From positions 271,354 to 335,353 of the forward strand of contig URLC01000001.1 of assembly GCA_900548695.1 (NCBI GenBank): a stretch of 64,000 bases of DNA, in the 5' to 3' direction. This DNA comes from an uncultured Mycoplasmatota bacterium. Lineage in GTDB: Bacteria; Bacillota_I; Bacilli_A; RF39; UBA660. This document shows, in pieces, positions 29,560-38,776 of this stretch. The notes under the pieces were generated by a model that did no database searches, was not told where the DNA came from, and worked only from the letters and a program-made list of their open reading frames with translations. Numbering within the stretch: position 1 is the stretch's first letter; each line of letters starts with the position of its first letter. The position numbers were made by a program, and so were the translations under genes.

Positions 29560-29968
29560 AGAAAAAAAATCTGGATTAGGTAAGTTTGTTGCTGGAGCAG
29601 CAATTGGAGCAGGACTTGGAATTTTATTTGCTCCTAGAAAAGGTAGTGAAACTAGAGCGGCTTTAAAAGAGAAAATGACTGAGTTGGTTAATCAAATTAA
29701 AAATATTGATATGGAAGAAGTAAAAGAAGAGTTTAATCATAAACTAGCAGAGATTAAAGCTGATCTTGCTGATTTGGATAAAGAAAAAGTGTTGGAAATT
29801 GCTAAAGAAAAAACTGAGCAATTAAAAATGAAAGCTCAAGAATTAGTTGATTTAGCGGTTGATAAAGGTACTCCAGTATTAAGAGATGCTGCTGAAGAAG
29901 TTCGCTTGAAGGCAATTGAAGTTACTAAAGAAGTATTAAAGAAATTAGAAAAAGAAGGGAAGAAATAA
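29552..29968 (+). CDS. YtxH-like (general stress) protein
   Basis: MSKEKKSGLGKFVAGAAIGAGLGILFAPRKGSETR N-terminus typical of YtxH; GGAGG RBS. Confidence 0.6.
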   Translation: MSKEKKSGLGKFVAGAAIGAGLGILFAPRKGSETRAALKEKMTELVNQIKNIDMEEVKEEFNHKLAEIKADLADLDKEKVLEIAKEKTEQLKMKAQELVDLAVDKGTPVLRDAAEEVRLKAIEVTKEVLKKLEKEGKK

Positions 29969-30044
29969 TTCTTTTCTTTTTTTTGGTACTTTTCAAAGAT
30001 TAAAATATATGATATATTAGATACATAATTTTTTATTGATAAGT

Positions 30045-30235
30045 GGATTAGTAATGATTATTTTTTATTTATAGAGATTTAGTGGTTGGTGAAAACTAAA
30101 ATGAGAATAGTTATGAAATACGACATTTGGAGAAAAATCGTTTATCGCGTTAAGATATTTGAGAGTATAGAGAAATCTATAAATTAAGGTGGTACCGCGA
30201 ACTATTCGTCCTTATTTGGGAGAATAGTTTTTTTG
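30045..30235 (+). promoter_or_regulatory. T-box riboswitch leader, tyrosine-specific (specifier UAC at 30119-30121), with an intrinsic terminator
   Basis: GAAAUACGA specifier context; conserved AAGGTGGTACCGCG at 30186-30199; terminator CTATTCGTCCTTATTTGGGAGAATAG plus T7. Confidence 0.85.
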
Positions 30236-30249
30236 TTGGAGGTGTTTAT

Positions 30250-30795
30250 ATGAATACTGAGTATGAAGTTAGAGTGTTAGGAATTGATGCTTCGAAAATT
30301 GAAAAGCAGTTGGAAGCTTTGGGAGCCGTCTTGCAATGGGATCATTTGCAAAAAAGATATGTTTATGATTTTATACCAAAAATAGAGGGTAAATGGATTA
30401 GATTACGAACTAATGGTGAGAAGACAACATTAACTATTAAAAATATTGTTTCTTCGGAGATAGATGGAACACAAGAATTAGAAATTGCAGTGGATGATTT
30501 TTTCAAGACTAATTTATTGCTTAATGAACTTGGTTTTGAAGCGAAAGGTTATCAAGAGAATAGGAGACGCCAATATATGTTGGATGGTGTTGAAATAGAT
30601 ATTGATTCTTGGCCTTTGATTCCTACTTATTTGGAAATTGAGGGTAAAAGCGAAGAGGCAGTATATCAAGTGTTAGATAAATTAAAAATTTCAAAAGATT
30701 CTGTTACTACTAGAGATGTAGAGGGAATTTATTTGGATTATGGTTATCAATTAGATAAAATATATAATTTAAGATTAGAGGAGGAAAGAAAATGA
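30250..30795 (+). CDS. CYTH-domain (triphosphate tunnel metalloenzyme / CyaB-like) protein
   Basis: N-terminal EYEVR (ExExK-type) motif, IRLRTNGEK, ELEIAV and YLEIEGKSEE motifs; 181 aa; stop overlaps the tyrS start (ATGA). Confidence 0.65.
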   Translation: MNTEYEVRVLGIDASKIEKQLEALGAVLQWDHLQKRYVYDFIPKIEGKWIRLRTNGEKTTLTIKNIVSSEIDGTQELEIAVDDFFKTNLLLNELGFEAKGYQENRRRQYMLDGVEIDIDSWPLIPTYLEIEGKSEEAVYQVLDKLKISKDSVTTRDVEGIYLDYGYQLDKIYNLRLEEERK

Positions 30796-32024
30796 CATTT
30801 TTTGAAGAGTTAAAGTGGAGAGGTTTAGTTAAAGATATTTCAAGTCCTGAACTTGAGAATAAATTAAATCAGGGAGGGTTAAAATTTTATATAGGTGCTG
30901 ATCCAACTGCTGAAAGTTTACATATTGGACAATTTCCTACCTTTTTAATGGTAGAGCGCTTGAAGAGAGCTGGACATCATCCATATATCTTAGTTGGTGG
31001 AGCAACTGGTAGAGTTGGTGATCCTCGTGGAACTGGGGAGCGAGAGAAAGCAGAAATTTCTGTAATTGAACATAATTATGGAAAAATGAAAGCTCAAATA
31101 AAAAAGTTGTTTGGAGAAGAAGTACAATTAGTTAACAACTATGATTGGTTTAAAGATATTAATTATATCGATTTTTTAAGAGATGTTGGAAAGTATATCA
31201 ATGTCAGTTATATGATTAATAAAGATTTAGTTAAACGTCAAATGGATATTGGTATTAGTTATGCAGAGTTTTCATATATGTTAATTCAAGGATATGATTT
31301 TAAAAAACTTCATGATAATTATGGAATTACTTTACAATTTGGCGGTTCTGATCAATGGGGTAATTTAACTACAGGCATTGAATTAATTAGAAAGCTTAAT
31401 AGTGAAGAAGTTTTTGCTTTCTCTATGCCACTAATTACTGATTCTACGGGTAAAAAACTAGGTAAAAGCTATGGTAATGCATTATGGCTAGACCCTGAGA
31501 AAACATCTAGTTATGAAATGTATCAGTATCTATTAAATTTAGAAGATATCATGATGGAAGAGTATTTAAAGAAGTTCACATTTTTGACTAAGGAAGAAAT
31601 AGCAGACATTATGAAGCAACAAAGTGCACAACCAGAAAAAAGAGTTGCTCAAAAAGCTTTGGCTAAAGAAGTGTTAGATTTTATTCATGGTGAAGGTGCT
31701 TATGAAAATGCTGTTAAAATAAGTGAAGCTTTGTTTAGTGGAAATATTAAAGATTTGACTGCCTCTCAAATTGAGGATGCATTTAAAGGAATTGAACCAT
31801 TTACAATTAAAGAAGAAGAAAATCTGGTTGACTTCTTAGTACATTTTCAAATTTGTTCTAGTAAGAGAGAGGCTAGAGAATTTATTGGTAATAATTCTAT
31901 TACATTAAATGGAGAAAAAATAACAGATTGTGCATTTTTAGTTACTAAAGATGTTGCTATAGAACAGAAATATGTAGTTGTTAGACGTGGAAAGAAAAAG
32001 TATTTTATTGGAACGTTTTGCTAG
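30792..32024 (+). CDS. tyrS: tyrosine--tRNA ligase
   Basis: HIGQ in the HIGH position, KKLGKS (KMSKS), C-terminal S4 domain; preceded by a tyrosine-specific T-box. Confidence 0.9.
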   Translation: MTFFEELKWRGLVKDISSPELENKLNQGGLKFYIGADPTAESLHIGQFPTFLMVERLKRAGHHPYILVGGATGRVGDPRGTGEREKAEISVIEHNYGKMKAQIKKLFGEEVQLVNNYDWFKDINYIDFLRDVGKYINVSYMINKDLVKRQMDIGISYAEFSYMLIQGYDFKKLHDNYGITLQFGGSDQWGNLTTGIELIRKLNSEEVFAFSMPLITDSTGKKLGKSYGNALWLDPEKTSSYEMYQYLLNLEDIMMEEYLKKFTFLTKEEIADIMKQQSAQPEKRVAQKALAKEVLDFIHGEGAYENAVKISEALFSGNIKDLTASQIEDAFKGIEPFTIKEEENLVDFLVHFQICSSKREAREFIGNNSITLNGEKITDCAFLVTKDVAIEQKYVVVRRGKKKYFIGTFC

Positions 32025-32122
32025 ACTGTAAAATCTATCTTTTATGATAGATTTTTTTTTGTTATACTTCTAATATTTTTGTTTTTTTGTTACAATGTAT
32101 GTGGATTTGGAGATGATGTGTT

Positions 32123-33277
32123 ATGCAACGTAAAATTATAAAGATTTTATTTATTTTTCTATCTATTCTTATTTTGATAGTTAGTTTTTTGCTATTTTTT
32201 TATAAAGAAGAAGAACCTACTTATTTTGATAGTATTAATGCAATTGATGTTTCTGTTTCTTCAGATATTTTTGCAGTAGGTATTAATAATGCTAATGAGA
32301 GAGAAATATCTAAGGCTAAAGTAGCTAGATATGATTCTAAACAAGAAAAGATATGGGAAAAAGTTTATAATAAAGGTTATCGTAGTAAGTTTAATGATAT
32401 TATTTGTGATGGTGATGAAATTGTTTTTGTAGGTAGTTATGAAGCTACTAAAAATGATTATAAGAATAGGATTGAAACAGCTATTATATTAAAATATGAT
32501 TTAGATGGTGATTTAATTTTTGAAAAAGAATTTAATGGTTACGATAATACAAAGTTTTCGTCTATATTTGCAACAGATGATGGTTATGTAGTAATTGGTA
32601 CTGGAGAACAAGATGACAAGAGGATAGGCGTTTTAGTTAAATATCATACTGATGGTACTCTAGATTGGAAGAAGAAATTTAGTGAGGGAGATAATATTAA
32701 ATTTAATGATGTGATTATGACTTCTGATTTTATTTATGTAGTTGGAAGTAAAAATGCTAATCAGGGTTTGATTGCTAAATATGATATGGAGGGAAATCTT
32801 TTAGATACTGTGATTTATGATGGTATTTCTTCCTATGGCTTTTCTAGTGTTACGTTTATTGATTCCAGTCTAGTTGTTACTACTGGTAAGCAAGTAGATG
32901 ATAGTAAAACGGATGCTATGTTAGTTCGTTATGATTTGGATTTGAATTATTTGAATGAAGCAACTCATAAGCTTAAAGATTCTAGCTTTTTTAGAAAAGT
33001 TATTGTAGATTCTAATCAAGATTTATTAGTGTTAGGAACAGCCAGAGAGATTAAAAAAGATAAGGTTATTCATCATTCTTTCATTGGAAAGTATCGAAGT
33101 AATTTGGAAAAAGCTCAGGTAGTTAATTATTATAATGAAACAGATGATTATCTTACGGATATTGAAATTTTTGATGATAACTATTTAGTATCTGGTTATT
33201 CATTTTATTCTGATCAAGGTTATTTAAGTAAATTCCTTTTATATAGTCAAGCATTAAAGTTATTGGAGGTAAAATAA
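32123..33277 (+). CDS. membrane-anchored protein with beta-propeller-like repeats, hypothetical
   Basis: N-terminal TM; repeated ~45-aa units (YVVIGTGEQDD / IYVVGSKNANQG / LVVTTGKQVDD / LLVLGTAREIKKD). Confidence 0.4.
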   Translation: MQRKIIKILFIFLSILILIVSFLLFFYKEEEPTYFDSINAIDVSVSSDIFAVGINNANEREISKAKVARYDSKQEKIWEKVYNKGYRSKFNDIICDGDEIVFVGSYEATKNDYKNRIETAIILKYDLDGDLIFEKEFNGYDNTKFSSIFATDDGYVVIGTGEQDDKRIGVLVKYHTDGTLDWKKKFSEGDNIKFNDVIMTSDFIYVVGSKNANQGLIAKYDMEGNLLDTVIYDGISSYGFSSVTFIDSSLVVTTGKQVDDSKTDAMLVRYDLDLNYLNEATHKLKDSSFFRKVIVDSNQDLLVLGTAREIKKDKVIHHSFIGKYRSNLEKAQVVNYYNETDDYLTDIEIFDDNYLVSGYSFYSDQGYLSKFLLYSQALKLLEVK

Positions 33278-33813
33278 TGAAAATCACATTAGTTCGTCAT
33301 GCTCAAACAGATCAAAATTATGATGGCATTTTGCAAGGAAGAGCTAATAATTTATTAAATGATACAGGTAGAAGGCAATGTCAAAAATTAAGGGAAAAAT
33401 TAAAAGATGTTTCTTTTGATTTTTGCTATATGTCACCTTTAGTTAGAACTGTTGAAACAGCTTTTATTTTAGTAGGTGATAGGGTAGAGACTTTTCCTGA
33501 TGATAGGTTGTTAGAAAGAAATTTAGGAGAACTTGAGGGGAAAAGCCATGATTTATATGATGCTAAAAAGTATTGGGATTATGATTTAAATTGTTCTGAT
33601 TTAGGGGTTGAGGCAGTTCAAGATATTTTTAAACGATGTGAAGACTTTTTAGATTATGTTACAAAAAAGCATCCTAATGGTCATATTTTAGTTGTTACTC
33701 ATGCTGCACCACTTAGAGCACTTAGACATTTAATATTGCATCATGATTTACATGGCAATTTATTGGATAAAGGATTTGATAATTGTTATTGTGAGACTTT
33801 TGATATTGAATAA
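33277..33813 (+). CDS. histidine phosphatase family protein (phosphoglycerate mutase-like)
   Basis: KITLVRHAQTDQN RHG-type catalytic motif; conserved His in VVTHAAP. Confidence 0.7.
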   Translation: MKITLVRHAQTDQNYDGILQGRANNLLNDTGRRQCQKLREKLKDVSFDFCYMSPLVRTVETAFILVGDRVETFPDDRLLERNLGELEGKSHDLYDAKKYWDYDLNCSDLGVEAVQDIFKRCEDFLDYVTKKHPNGHILVVTHAAPLRALRHLILHHDLHGNLLDKGFDNCYCETFDIE

Positions 33814-33821
33814 AAAAATAT

Positions 33822-33888
33822 AAAAAGGAGGGTTATTTAGTAACACTCCTTTTTTGTTAAAGAAAAAAATTCACTAAATAGTGAATTT
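33822..33888. terminator. two back-to-back terminators: AAAAGGAG...CTCCTTTTTT for the + gene and AATTCACTAAATAGTGAATT with a T-tract on the minus strand for rpsD
   Basis: Two hairpins with flanking A/T tracts between convergent genes. Confidence 0.65.
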
Positions 33889-34490
33889 TATTTATTGTAG
33901 AATTCAACGATTAATGCTTCATCGATATCGGCATTAAGTTCATTTCTTTCAGGAAGTCTAACATAAGTTCCTTCCATCTTTCCTTCATCGTAATTAATGA
34001 AGTCAACACGTTTTGTTACTTTAGCTAAGCTTTCAGCAACAACTTTTAAGTTTTTATGGTCTTCTTTAATAGAAATTACATCACCAACTTTAACTTGATA
34101 TGATGGAATATCTACTTTTTTACCATTTACTGTAACGTGTCCATGATTTACAAGTTGTCTAGCTCCACGACGAGTACTAGCAAAACCGATTCTGTATACT
34201 AAATTGTCTAAACGAGATTCTAGCATTCTTAAAAAGTTAGTACCAGTAACACCTTTTAATTTAGATGCTTTGTTAAAAGTATTATGGAATTGTCTTTCAT
34301 TAATTCCATACATGAAACGAACTTTTTGTTTTTCTTTTAATTGAGTTCCATAATCAGATAATTTACCTTTACGTGCATTTCCGTGTTGTCCTGGTCCGTA
34401 TGGACGACGAGCTAATTCTTTACCAGTTTCGCTAATTGAGAATCCAACGTGACGAGCTTTCTTGTAACTTGGTCCAGTATATCTTGCCAT
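33888..34490 (-). CDS. rpsD: 30S ribosomal protein S4
   Basis: [18 protein letters not shown]...; full-length S4. Confidence 0.95.
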   Translation of the reverse strand: MARYTGPSYKKARHVGFSISETGKELARRPYGPGQHGNARKGKLSDYGTQLKEKQKVRFMYGINERQFHNTFNKASKLKGVTGTNFLRMLESRLDNLVYRIGFASTRRGARQLVNHGHVTVNGKKVDIPSYQVKVGDVISIKEDHKNLKVVAESLAKVTKRVDFINYDEGKMEGTYVRLPERNELNADIDEALIVEFYNK

Positions 34491-34831
34491 ATAAATCTTC
34501 TTCCTTTCTTTTTATTACATTCATTGAAATGATTTAGTCGTAGATTAGGGAGTTTTTCTTTCTCTTTCGCGTAAACAGCAATTGTTACTTGATTTCATAA
34601 AAAACACATTAATATACTCTAAATCTGCTGTTTCAAGTGAATTGCAGTTATAATTATAATCGAAAAGTCCTTATATGTCAATGGTTATGTTAGTTCTTTG
34701 ATTATTGTTTTGGAGTTTTTTTGTTTTTTCTTTCTACTTGGTATTTATTTGTGATATTATTTTTCTAAAATAGTAGAAATTTGTTGATATTTTGTGATAG
34801 AATATGAATAGATATTATAAGGTGGTGGAGT

Positions 34832-36544
34832 ATGCAAGGACAGTATTTAATTATTGGCTCTTATTTAGCTATTTGTATTGTGATTGTTATTGTAACTCTT
34901 CATTTTATTCGTAGAGGTATTGCTAGTCGTTATCGAAAGAGGGTAAGAGATTTAGAAATTGCTAAGAATATGGTGGCAAGTACACCTGTTTCTTTGGAGT
35001 TATCTAAAGTGGAACCAATTATTAAAAATGATAAGATGGAAGAAAAGTATAATGATTGGCAAGAGCGTTTTGATCAAATTCGTGAAAAGAAGTTATCTCA
35101 AATTGATGATATGTTAATTGATTTAGATATTTATATTGATAAAAGAGATTATAAGAATTGTATCTATCGTTTAGCTAAAACAGAAATGGAAATTTATAAG
35201 GCTCGTGAGTCTGCTGATTATTTACTTGATGAGATTAAAGAAATTACTTTGAGCGAGGAAAAATATCGAGCAATTGTTATTAAATTGAAGACAAAGTATC
35301 GTGAGCTTAATAAAGATTTTCAGGATCATAAACAGATGTATGATGAGATGCAAGATGCAGTTGAATTACAGTTAGAAAATATTGAACGTCGGTTTTTAGA
35401 TTTTGAAAAGGTTATGGAGAAAAATGAATATAATGAAGTTGTTCATATCGTAAAAGCCTTGGATGCGATGATTGAGCATATGAGTATTGTTATTAAGGAA
35501 GTACCGGATTTATTATTAATGGCAAAGCAAGTAATTCCTAATAGGATGAAAGAAATAAGAGAACTTCATGATGATATGGTTAAGCAAGATTTCCCACTAG
35601 ATTATTTAAATATTGATTATAATTTAGAAGAATCTCAAAAAAATATTGATCATATTTTAGATAAGATAAGAGTCCTTAATTTGGAAGATTGTATGTTTGA
35701 ACTTAAGACAATGCTTGAATATTTTGATTCATTGTTTGTGGATTTTGAAAAAGAGCGACTTTCTAGAAAAGTTTATGAAGAGATGGAAGTTGATTTGGAT
35801 AAGAAATTAGTTAAAACTAATAAAGTGGTTCAAGAAATTTATAATCAGTTAGACGATATTAAGAGTATGTATGATTTAAATGATCAAGATGTAGAAACTA
35901 TTCATGAAGTTAATAAAATATTAGTTGTTATTAATGATGATTATAAAAAGATGTTAGCGAAAGTAGAAGCCAAATCTTCTCCTTATTCTATGTTGCAAAA
36001 GGAAGTAGAAGAATTAACTGTACGATTAAAGGATATGGAGGAAGATTTGGATAGAGCACTTAAGTCTTTAGGAAATATGTACGATGATGAAGTTCGTGCT
36101 CGTGAACAATTAGAAGAAATTGAATCTTTTCTAAAACAAAGTAAAGAAAAGATGAGAGGCTATAAGTTGCCAGTTATTACTAATAATTATTTTGTTCAAT
36201 TAGCTGAAGCTAATGAAGCAATTGAGGAAGTTATAAAGGAATTATCAAGAAAACCAATTGTTATTAAAACTTTAAATACTAGAGTAGATACAGCAAGAGA
36301 TTTAGTATTAAAGTTATATAATACGACAAATGAAATGATTAAGACTGCTCAGCTAGCTGAGATGGCTATCGTTTTTGGTAATCGATATCGCTCATTATAT
36401 GATGAAGTTGATGCGGGACTTAGTGATGCTGAAGGGATGTTTTTTAAGGGAGAGTATAAAAAAGCATTAGATATTTCAATTAAAGCAGTTTCTGTAGTTG
36501 ATGAAAATATTTATAGAAAGTTGTTGGCGGTCTATGATAGGTAA
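34832..36544 (+). CDS. ezrA: septation ring formation regulator EzrA
   Basis: N-terminal TM followed by ~540 aa of coiled-coil; 570 aa; divergent from rpsD as in Bacillus. Confidence 0.8.
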   Translation: MQGQYLIIGSYLAICIVIVIVTLHFIRRGIASRYRKRVRDLEIAKNMVASTPVSLELSKVEPIIKNDKMEEKYNDWQERFDQIREKKLSQIDDMLIDLDIYIDKRDYKNCIYRLAKTEMEIYKARESADYLLDEIKEITLSEEKYRAIVIKLKTKYRELNKDFQDHKQMYDEMQDAVELQLENIERRFLDFEKVMEKNEYNEVVHIVKALDAMIEHMSIVIKEVPDLLLMAKQVIPNRMKEIRELHDDMVKQDFPLDYLNIDYNLEESQKNIDHILDKIRVLNLEDCMFELKTMLEYFDSLFVDFEKERLSRKVYEEMEVDLDKKLVKTNKVVQEIYNQLDDIKSMYDLNDQDVETIHEVNKILVVINDDYKKMLAKVEAKSSPYSMLQKEVEELTVRLKDMEEDLDRALKSLGNMYDDEVRAREQLEEIESFLKQSKEKMRGYKLPVITNNYFVQLAEANEAIEEVIKELSRKPIVIKTLNTRVDTARDLVLKLYNTTNEMIKTAQLAEMAIVFGNRYRSLYDEVDAGLSDAEGMFFKGEYKKALDISIKAVSVVDENIYRKLLAVYDR

Positions 36545-37157
36545 GAATAGAAATGGTTTTGGAGCATATGAAATGCTTACGGTTTGTGTTATGTTACTAA
36601 TTATAGTGGCATTTGCTCTTGCTAATGTATTTAAGACAGATTATAAAGAAAAGTATGATGTTATGGAATATAATGCAAGGATGTTTTCCTTGTCAGCTAA
36701 CAATCTTTATATGATGGATGGAGTAAAGTCGGTTTATACATTGCAAATGTTAATTGATAAAAAAATATATTCTAACATCAAGAATCCGTTTCAAGGTACT
36801 AAGTATTGTGATTCTAATCTTTCTAAGGTTGAATTTAAAAATGGTAAGAGATATGTTACTTTGGAATGTGGAAATTATTTGATTTATAATCAAAATGCTT
36901 TAGATGATTCTTATACCATTTATAGAGTTTCTAAATGGTCAGATGAGAAAGGTAATAAAGATAATCAAAGGGTAGTTTTTTATAATTATCAAGTAGATGG
37001 AAAAGATGTTTTTAAAAATGATTTAGAGAAAGATACTTTTTTATATGAATATAATAAAATAAATGGTACTGAGTTTAAAACTATTAAGGAAATTCCTGAT
37101 AGTAGTAATGTATCTAAAAAAACAATGTATAGAAATATTGAAAAAGTTAGTGATTAG
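36534..37157 (+). CDS. type IV pilin-like / competence pseudopilin-like protein (class III signal peptide); start uncertain (36534 vs 36573)
   Basis: N-terminus MIGKNRNG|FGAYEMLTVCVMLLIIVAFALA matches ComGC-type prepilins (G|F...E5 ML.V). Confidence 0.4.
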   Translation: MIGKNRNGFGAYEMLTVCVMLLIIVAFALANVFKTDYKEKYDVMEYNARMFSLSANNLYMMDGVKSVYTLQMLIDKKIYSNIKNPFQGTKYCDSNLSKVEFKNGKRYVTLECGNYLIYNQNALDDSYTIYRVSKWSDEKGNKDNQRVVFYNYQVDGKDVFKNDLEKDTFLYEYNKINGTEFKTIKEIPDSSNVSKKTMYRNIEKVSD

Positions 37158-37220
37158 AAGAAAGTATTTTCTTCTTTTCTTTTTATGTGTTAAAATATTA
37201 GAGATGTAGAGGTGATTTAG

Positions 37221-38405
37221 GTGAAAAGAGTAATATTAATTAAGTATGGTGAACTTACTACAAAGAAGGGAAATCTTAATTTTTTTATAAAGACACTTTA
37301 TCAAAATGTTAAAAATAAGTTAAAAGATTTTGATGTTAAAATTTATAAAGAACGTAGTCGTATGTATATTGAATTTCAAGATGTTGATTTTTTAGCCATT
37401 AAAGAAAAGTTAGATTGTATTTTTGGTATTCATATGTATCATGTTGCCTATATTGTTGATACTAATATTGATTCTATAAAAAGTTTATTATTAGAATTAG
37501 TACAAACACTTTCTTTTTCTACTTTTAAAGTTGAAAGTAGAAGAAGTGATAAGAGTTTTCCTATTCATAGTCAGGAGTTAAATCGTATTCTTGGTGGGCT
37601 TGTTTTAAAAAATAAAGATAATGTGACGGTTGATGTTCATCACCCAGAATTATTTATTAAAGTAGAGGTGCGTGAGGAACATAGTTATATTTATTTTAAT
37701 GCTTATAAAGGATGTGGTGGATATCCAATTGGAACACAGCCAAAAGGGTTATTAATGTTATCTGGAGGAATTGATTCACCAGTTGCTGGATATTTAGCTA
37801 TGAAAAGAGGAATACCAGTAGATGCCGTTTATTTTGAGGCAATTCCTCACACTAGTTTAGAAGCAAGAAATAAAGTGATATCTTTATCAAAGAAATTAGC
37901 AAAATATAGTGATACAGTTAATTTACATGTTGTTAATTTTACGCCTATTCAAGAAGAAATATATAAAAATTGTCATCCTAATTACTGTATTACTATTATG
38001 CGTAGAATGATGTATCGCATTATGGAAAAATTAGCTAAAAAATATCAAGCTTATGCCATTATTAATGGTGAGTCTGTTGGACAAGTAGCTTCTCAAACTC
38101 TTAGTAGCATGTCAGTTATTAATGAAGTTACTAGTATGCCTGTACTTCGTCCAGTTGCTTGTTTTGATAAACTAGAAATTATTGATTTAGCTAAAAAAAT
38201 AGATACTTATGATATAAGTATTTTACCATATGAAGATTGTTGTACCGTTTTTGTTCCTAAACATCCAGTTATTAATCCATCGTTAGAACAAGCTAAAAAA
38301 GAAGAGGAAAAGTTTGATTTTATGCCGATGATTGATGATGCTGTTTGTGGTGTTGATACTATTACCTTAAAAGATGAAAAAGAAAACTTTTCTGATTTGT
38401 TATAA
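37221..38405 (+). CDS. thiI: tRNA 4-thiouridine synthase / thiamine biosynthesis protein ThiI
   Basis: THUMP N-terminal region; PP-loop LSGGIDSPVAGYL; GTG start. Confidence 0.88.
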   Translation: MKRVILIKYGELTTKKGNLNFFIKTLYQNVKNKLKDFDVKIYKERSRMYIEFQDVDFLAIKEKLDCIFGIHMYHVAYIVDTNIDSIKSLLLELVQTLSFSTFKVESRRSDKSFPIHSQELNRILGGLVLKNKDNVTVDVHHPELFIKVEVREEHSYIYFNAYKGCGGYPIGTQPKGLLMLSGGIDSPVAGYLAMKRGIPVDAVYFEAIPHTSLEARNKVISLSKKLAKYSDTVNLHVVNFTPIQEEIYKNCHPNYCITIMRRMMYRIMEKLAKKYQAYAIINGESVGQVASQTLSSMSVINEVTSMPVLRPVACFDKLEIIDLAKKIDTYDISILPYEDCCTVFVPKHPVINPSLEQAKKEEEKFDFMPMIDDAVCGVDTITLKDEKENFSDLL

Positions 38406-38464
38406 ATTTCCAGTTAATTTTAAGTATTAAAATAAAAAAAATTCACAACCTATGAATGTAGGAG

Positions 38465-38686
38465 GTGAATGAAATGAACAACACAAAGAATTCTACTATG
38501 AAAATGAGAGTTCCTGGTGCTAAACAAGCTATTGATAAAATGAAATATGAAATAGCTAATGAATTTGGTGTTAATTTAGGACCAGATGCTACTAGCCGTG
38601 CTAATGGTACTGTTGGTGGTGAAATTACTAGACGTTTAGTTCAAAATGGAATGAACCAAGTTAGTGGAAGCTACAATAACAAATAG
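38465..38686 (+). CDS. alpha/beta-type small acid-soluble spore protein
   Basis: [41 protein letters not shown], a textbook alpha/beta SASP. Confidence 0.85.
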   Translation: MNEMNNTKNSTMKMRVPGAKQAIDKMKYEIANEFGVNLGPDATSRANGTVGGEITRRLVQNGMNQVSGSYNNK

Positions 38687-38699
38687 TAATGTATAGCTT

Positions 38700-38733
38700 A
38701 AAAGATAGGCGAATTTAGGCCTATCTTTTTGGT
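38700..38733 (+). terminator. rho-independent terminator after the SASP gene
   Basis: AGATAGGC-loop-GCCTATCT followed by a T5 tract. Confidence 0.7.
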
Positions 38734-38776
38734 TGCTTTTTTTTAGTTCGTTTGTTATAGTAAGGGAAAGAGAGGG

